A stretch of 64,000 nt of DNA, from positions 471,927 through 535,926 of the forward strand of contig CP139473.1 of the NCBI GenBank assembly GCA_050859015.1, in the 5' to 3' direction. The notes under the pieces were generated by a model, which saw nothing but the letters and a program-made list of their open reading frames with translations, did not search any database and was not told the origin of the DNA. Positions 59,801-64,000 of the stretch are shown piece by piece. The position numbers and the translations under genes were made by a program. This DNA comes from Dehalogenimonas sp. (GTDB lineage Bacteria; Chloroflexota; Dehalococcoidia; Dehalococcoidales; Dehalococcoidaceae). Numbering within the stretch: position 1 is the first letter of the stretch; each line of letters starts with the position of its first letter.

Positions 59801-62293
59801 TTACGATTTACTATACGGTATCTTGAAATTAAAGGTGCTGCCTTTGCCATGGGCGCTTTTCAACCAAATTTGACCACCGTGCAACTCAACGAACATTTTA
59901 GACAGGGCTAAACCCAAACCGAGGCCGCCGAGACGCTTTTTGTCGGTATTTTGACCCCGGTGGTACGGTTCGAAAATATACGGCAAATCGGCAGTGGCGA
60001 TACCTATCCCGTTATCGGCCACCGATGTGACCGCCCCATCGGGATCTTGTCGCAGAGATATTTTAACGTGACCGCCCTTGCGACTGAATTTGAATGAGTT
60101 GGATACCAGGTTGGTTACGACCTGTCGCAGGCGGTCGGGATCGGCGCTGATAACGACCGGCGCCTGAGGCAGGTCAAGCTCGAGTTGAATTCCTCGTTGT
60201 ATGGCCTCCGGTCGGACGTATTCTGCGATCTTCTCCAGTAGAGCGGCAAGATCGAAAGAACGATAGCTGAGCCGAAGGGTCCCGACCTCGCCGCGAGCCA
60301 GGTCCAGTAGTTCGTTGATCCTCTTTTCCATATTTCTGGCACCGACTTTAATATTGTGGGCAAAGCTTCGGGCGGTATCGTCGGTCAGGCTGGCTTCAAG
60401 ATAATCAGACGCGGTCAAGAGGGGGGTTAGCGGCGTTTTAAGTTCGTGAACTAGAGCCCTGGTGTAAAGAGATCGCTCTTCGATCTGCTGCCTCAACGCG
60501 CTTGATAGAGTCTGCTCTCTGTCAAAAAGCAACCGCAATTCACTCTCGGCTTTCTGCCTCTGGGATATTTCCGATCCTAGGGCTTCGGTGCGCGCGGCAA
60601 CCATATCCTCAAGCCGGTGCTGGTAACCCTCGATCTCCTCCTGCGACTTCCGTTGTTCGGTGATGTCACGGACGATGGTAATGGTGGACATGGAACCATC
60701 GGGATGAGGCTGAAATGTCTGGATCAGTTCGCAGGGGAAAAGCTCTCCGCTTTTACGCCGCTGAAATGCCTCGGTACGAAAGCTTTCGGTGGCCTTCCCG
60801 CTGGATATGGCCTCGGAAAGCCGGCGCGATTGAGCCAGGTAGGAGGCTCGGTCAGGAAACAAAAACCCGTGAGTGCGCCCCAGGCATTCTTCCGGTGTAT
60901 AACCGTACAGTTCGACCATGCGGCGGTTAACGTATTCTATCCGCTTCCCTGGCCGGCGGACGACAACAATTGCGTCGGGCAGGGAATTGTTCAGCTTTTC
61001 AAGCCGGTCCCGGCTCTCCTTGAGTTCCCGCTCGGCCGATTTGCGGTGGGTGATATCAAGGCCATAGAGATTAAGGAAGCCGTTCGCTGTATCAGGGAAA
61101 AGGGTAAGAGCGTAGGTCGCGCCCGGGATTTCGAGCTCCGCTTCGAATTCCTCCCCGGTTTTCCAGGCCCTCCCAGCCTGTTCAGGCCATGGGGGCGGGA
61201 GGACGCCACCAGTGTCGATATGCCATTCCCGCAGAAGCGGCGAGGCGGCGGGGTTGGCGAACAAAACGCTTCCTTCCATCGAGACACGAAGTACCGGACT
61301 CGGGTTGGACAGCGGGAAAGCCGCCAGGCTGCGGATCTCAGCCTCCTGTTCCAGCCTTTTCCTGATGTCGCGGATCACCGACAGGATCACCGTTTTGCCA
61401 TTCAGTTCGAATCTATGGGCGGCAACCTCCGAGGGTATGGGTTGTCCCGATTTGGTGCGGTGAACGATCTGGACGGTCAGCTGCCCGGTTCGTTGGAACG
61501 CCTCGGAGCTGACGTTAACTTGAGCGTAACTTTCAGGCGTGTTGAGGTCGCGAGCTGACAGATGAAGCATCTCTTCATGGGTATAACCGTATCTGTCGCA
61601 GGCGATCTGATTGGCCTCGATAACCCGGGCTTCATTGCCGCTACCGGGCATCTCCCAAAGGATGATGGCATCGCCGGTGTTATCGAAAAGGGCGCGGAAG
61701 CGCTGTTCGCTATCGCGGAGCGATTGGGTAAGACGCACCCTCTGTATGGCATTGCCCAGCACCAGGCCGATCTTTTCAAGCTCGGCGACCAAACCGGCCG
61801 GGACCATGTTCTCATGCCGGTCCGCTACGTGGATCAAGCCGAGGACCGAATCCCCCGATCTTATTGGAATCAGAGCGACGGATTCATATCCGTGGGCGTT
61901 GCAGGCGTTACGCGTTCGACCCTTTTCATCTTCTGAAACCGTGGCGAGGAAATTGCTCGTCCGGTTCATAAAGAAAGAACCTATTTCAGTGTAGAACGGC
62001 TTTGACGGGTCGGTCGTTCCGGCGATGACGTTTATGCACATGCAGCGATCGGTGCCGATCACCAAAGGACTTTCGAGTTCGACGAAATCCCTGGAAAATC
62101 CTTCATAGACAGAATAGGGAATACTGCGATCCGCATCGAGCAATCGGATGCCGATCGCGGAGCATCCTGTGAGCGCTTTAAACTCTGCAAGAAATTCTAC
62201 CAGCAGTGGTTTGATCTCGACATGCCGATTAGCGATCTCAAGAAATTTGTAGGCGGTTTCCAGTGTCTGTCCTGACCGGAGCTTGGTTGTCAC
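59801..62293 (-). CDS. Multi-sensor (GAF + several PAS) histidine kinase
   Basis: N-terminal GAF-like region, repeated PAS modules, H-box HELKTPLTP and HATPase N/G boxes (DNGIGI, GGLGLGL). It ends 14 nt before the response regulator gene. Confidence 0.9.
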   Translation of the reverse strand: MTTKLRSGQTLETAYKFLEIANRHVEIKPLLVEFLAEFKALTGCSAIGIRLLDADRSIPYSVYEGFSRDFVELESPLVIGTDRCMCINVIAGTTDPSKPFYTEIGSFFMNRTSNFLATVSEDEKGRTRNACNAHGYESVALIPIRSGDSVLGLIHVADRHENMVPAGLVAELEKIGLVLGNAIQRVRLTQSLRDSEQRFRALFDNTGDAIILWEMPGSGNEARVIEANQIACDRYGYTHEEMLHLSARDLNTPESYAQVNVSSEAFQRTGQLTVQIVHRTKSGQPIPSEVAAHRFELNGKTVILSVIRDIRKRLEQEAEIRSLAAFPLSNPSPVLRVSMEGSVLFANPAASPLLREWHIDTGGVLPPPWPEQAGRAWKTGEEFEAELEIPGATYALTLFPDTANGFLNLYGLDITHRKSAERELKESRDRLEKLNNSLPDAIVVVRRPGKRIEYVNRRMVELYGYTPEECLGRTHGFLFPDRASYLAQSRRLSEAISSGKATESFRTEAFQRRKSGELFPCELIQTFQPHPDGSMSTITIVRDITEQRKSQEEIEGYQHRLEDMVAARTEALGSEISQRQKAESELRLLFDREQTLSSALRQQIEERSLYTRALVHELKTPLTPLLTASDYLEASLTDDTARSFAHNIKVGARNMEKRINELLDLARGEVGTLRLSYRSFDLAALLEKIAEYVRPEAIQRGIQLELDLPQAPVVISADPDRLRQVVTNLVSNSFKFSRKGGHVKISLRQDPDGAVTSVADNGIGIATADLPYIFEPYHRGQNTDKKRLGGLGLGLALSKMFVELHGGQIWLKSAHGKGSTFNFKIPYSKS

Positions 62294-62638
62294 GGGGGTG
62301 TGCCTTTTTTCTTAATGATTTAAAGCTATTGTAACGTTTTGGCGGCAGGTTGACAATGCTTTAAGGTAAAACAGGTGGCGTTTTTTAAAATATTTATTAG
62401 ACAATGGTTACAAAAAGCAAATAACGGTACGCTGGATAATTAACGTGGCATAGCCAAAACTATCATCATTAGTCGCTCAGGCTGGAATAATGATCGAAAA
62501 AGGGCCATTGAATGACTCTCTGATGCAACGTGGTCTTGAAAGACTGTGATTATACCGGCATGAGAAATTTTGCCCAATTGAGCGATGTGAATTAAAATCG
62601 GAAATGAACACTATTTAACCCACTTGGTGAATAAATAC

Positions 62639-64000
62639 ATGAATGAAAATAAGCGTTCGTTAGAGTTGCTCCTCAAACCCCGGTCCGTGGCGGTCATCGG
62701 CGCCTCCAGGCGTGAAGGGAGTCTCGGCAACAAAATTTTCAATAATTTATTGGAAAGTGACTTTAAAGGACCGGTATTCCCGATCAACCCGAATGCTGAT
62801 GAGATATCATCGGTCAAGGCGTATCCCTCGATTTTCGATGTTCCCGAACCCGTCGACCTGGCAGTGATCGCCGTGCCGGCTGAATTCGTTCTTGAGGCAG
62901 CCGAACAGTGCGGCCTGAAGGGCGTAAAGGCATTGGTAGTGATTTCGGCCGGATTTGCCGAGAACGGACGGGAGGGTGTGAATCGCCAGCGAGACCTGGC
63001 GTCAATCTGCCGTCACCATGGGATGAGACTGGTTGGGCCTAACTGCATGGGCGTTTTGAATACAGACCCGAATGTCTCTCTCAACGCGACCTTCAGCCAT
63101 GTTTTTCCGCCCCAGGGGGACATCGCGATGGCAACGCAGAGCGGAGCGCTGGGGCTGGTAATCCTCGAGTATACCAGGAATTTGAATATCGGATTATCGA
63201 CGTTCGTTAGCGTGGGTAATAAAGCTGATGTATCATCGAACGACCTGTTGGAGTATTGGTGCGACGATCCGAACACCTCGGTCATCATGCTGTACCTGGA
63301 ATCATTCGGTAATCCGAAAAAGTTCGCCCGGTTGGCGAGGTCAATTTCGCCCAGCAAGCCAATAGTCGCAGTAAAGAGCGGGAGATCGCCTCAGGGGTCG
63401 AAGGCGACTGCCTCGCATACCGGGGCGCTGGCAACCGCCGATGTAGCGGTCGACGCGCTGTTTGCCCAGACCGGGATAATCAGGGTCGATAGCCTAGAGC
63501 AGCTTTTCGACCTATCCGATTTCCTGTCCAAACAGCCGCTCCCCAGGGGAAACCGGGTTGCCATTTTGACCAACGGCGGAGGGCCGGGAGCCTTGGCCGC
63601 CGACGCCTGTTCCGCGGCCGGACTGGAGTTGACGCCACTTTCAGACGAGACACTGACCGGGCTAAAAGCATTATTGCCGGTACGGGCATCACTGGCTAAT
63701 CCGATAGACATCACCGACGTCGGAGCCTCCGAGTACCGCGGCGCTCTGTCGTTGTTAGCCTCGGACGATAATATCGACGCAGTCATAGTTATTTTTATCC
63801 CCCCGGTGTTCGCATGTCCCGAGGAAGTGGCGGTGGTGATCAAAGACCTAGCTCCGGAATTCCGGCGCCGCGGCAAACCCATGGTCGCCTCGTTCATGGG
63901 GCAACGGGGGTGCGTGCCCGGAACGACGCTTCCGGCAGGGGCCGCCGGAGTACCTTCATTCGCTTTCCCAGAAGCGGCGGTGTATGTCCTCGCGAGAGCG
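62639..64000 (+). CDS. ADP-forming acetyl-CoA synthetase / CoA-binding succinyl-CoA-synthetase-like protein (3' end leaves the window)
   Basis: Not in the ORF track. My translation from the ATG at 62639 gives MNENKRSLELLLKPRSVAVIGASRREGSLGNKIFNNLL...PINP...VDLAVIAVPA...GPNCMGV...SQSGALG.... This is typical of the NDP-forming acyl-CoA synthetase alpha domain. The frame stays open to position 64000. Confidence 0.85.
   Translation, partial: MNENKRSLELLLKPRSVAVIGASRREGSLGNKIFNNLLESDFKGPVFPINPNADEISSVKAYPSIFDVPEPVDLAVIAVPAEFVLEAAEQCGLKGVKALVVISAGFAENGREGVNRQRDLASICRHHGMRLVGPNCMGVLNTDPNVSLNATFSHVFPPQGDIAMATQSGALGLVILEYTRNLNIGLSTFVSVGNKADVSSNDLLEYWCDDPNTSVIMLYLESFGNPKKFARLARSISPSKPIVAVKSGRSPQGSKATASHTGALATADVAVDALFAQTGIIRVDSLEQLFDLSDFLSKQPLPRGNRVAILTNGGGPGALAADACSAAGLELTPLSDETLTGLKALLPVRASLANPIDITDVGASEYRGALSLLASDDNIDAVIVIFIPPVFACPEEVAVVIKDLAPEFRRRGKPMVASFMGQRGCVPGTTLPAGAAGVPSFAFPEAAVYVLARA

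Noticed and set aside
60617-61558. 313-aa plus-strand ORF
   Set aside because: Antisense to the PAS/GAF histidine kinase. It is a shadow ORF.
62611-63897. Minus-strand ORFs 62611..62817, 63013..63357 and 63391..63897
   Set aside because: All are antisense to the long plus-strand ADP-forming acetyl-CoA synthetase-like gene, which is missing from the track only because it runs off the window.

Overview
The gene content is consistent with a 64-kb chromosomal segment from an organohalide-respiring Dehalococcoidia-type (Chloroflexota) genome. That assignment is an inference from gene content only: a TAT-signal reductive dehalogenase with its small membrane anchor, several hydrogenases, and roughly mid-50s %GC by eye. 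Most of the window is densely packed housekeeping. It holds the start of an Ech/Hyf-type membrane hydrogenase operon and an aldolase/ADH cluster. DNA repair is represented by an SOS-type imuB-dnaE2 mutagenesis cassette, uvrC and recG. There is also dcd, an acyl-CoA dehydrogenase, argS, degV/DAK2, rpmB and an arginine operon (argJ-argB-argD-x-argG-argH). The right third carries the unusual material. (1) A group-3b-like [NiFe] hydrogenase whose fused beta/gamma diaphorase subunit has an N-terminal phospho-receiver domain. (2) Convergent with it, the string nrdJ (B12-dependent RNR with a structured leader), rdhA, rdhB, then a tightly coupled module of two paralogous non-canonical CX3CX2C proteins, a 60-aa membrane peptide and a B12-binding radical SAM enzyme. 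(3) Nearby two-component regulators. Smaller accessory items are listed here.
- A hicBA pair next to decayed genes.
- A DUF4418/FtsX/ABC/thioredoxin operon.
- AT-rich hypothetical genes.
- A GIY-YIG pseudogene embedded in REP-like palindromic repeats.
- An IVS-type four-helix-bundle gene flanked by inverted repeats.
- A four-copy C-rich, extended -10 promoter-like repeat that is G-quadruplex-prone on the opposite strand.
I found no rRNA, tRNA or CRISPR array. All functional calls come from motif recognition by eye. No database search was run.
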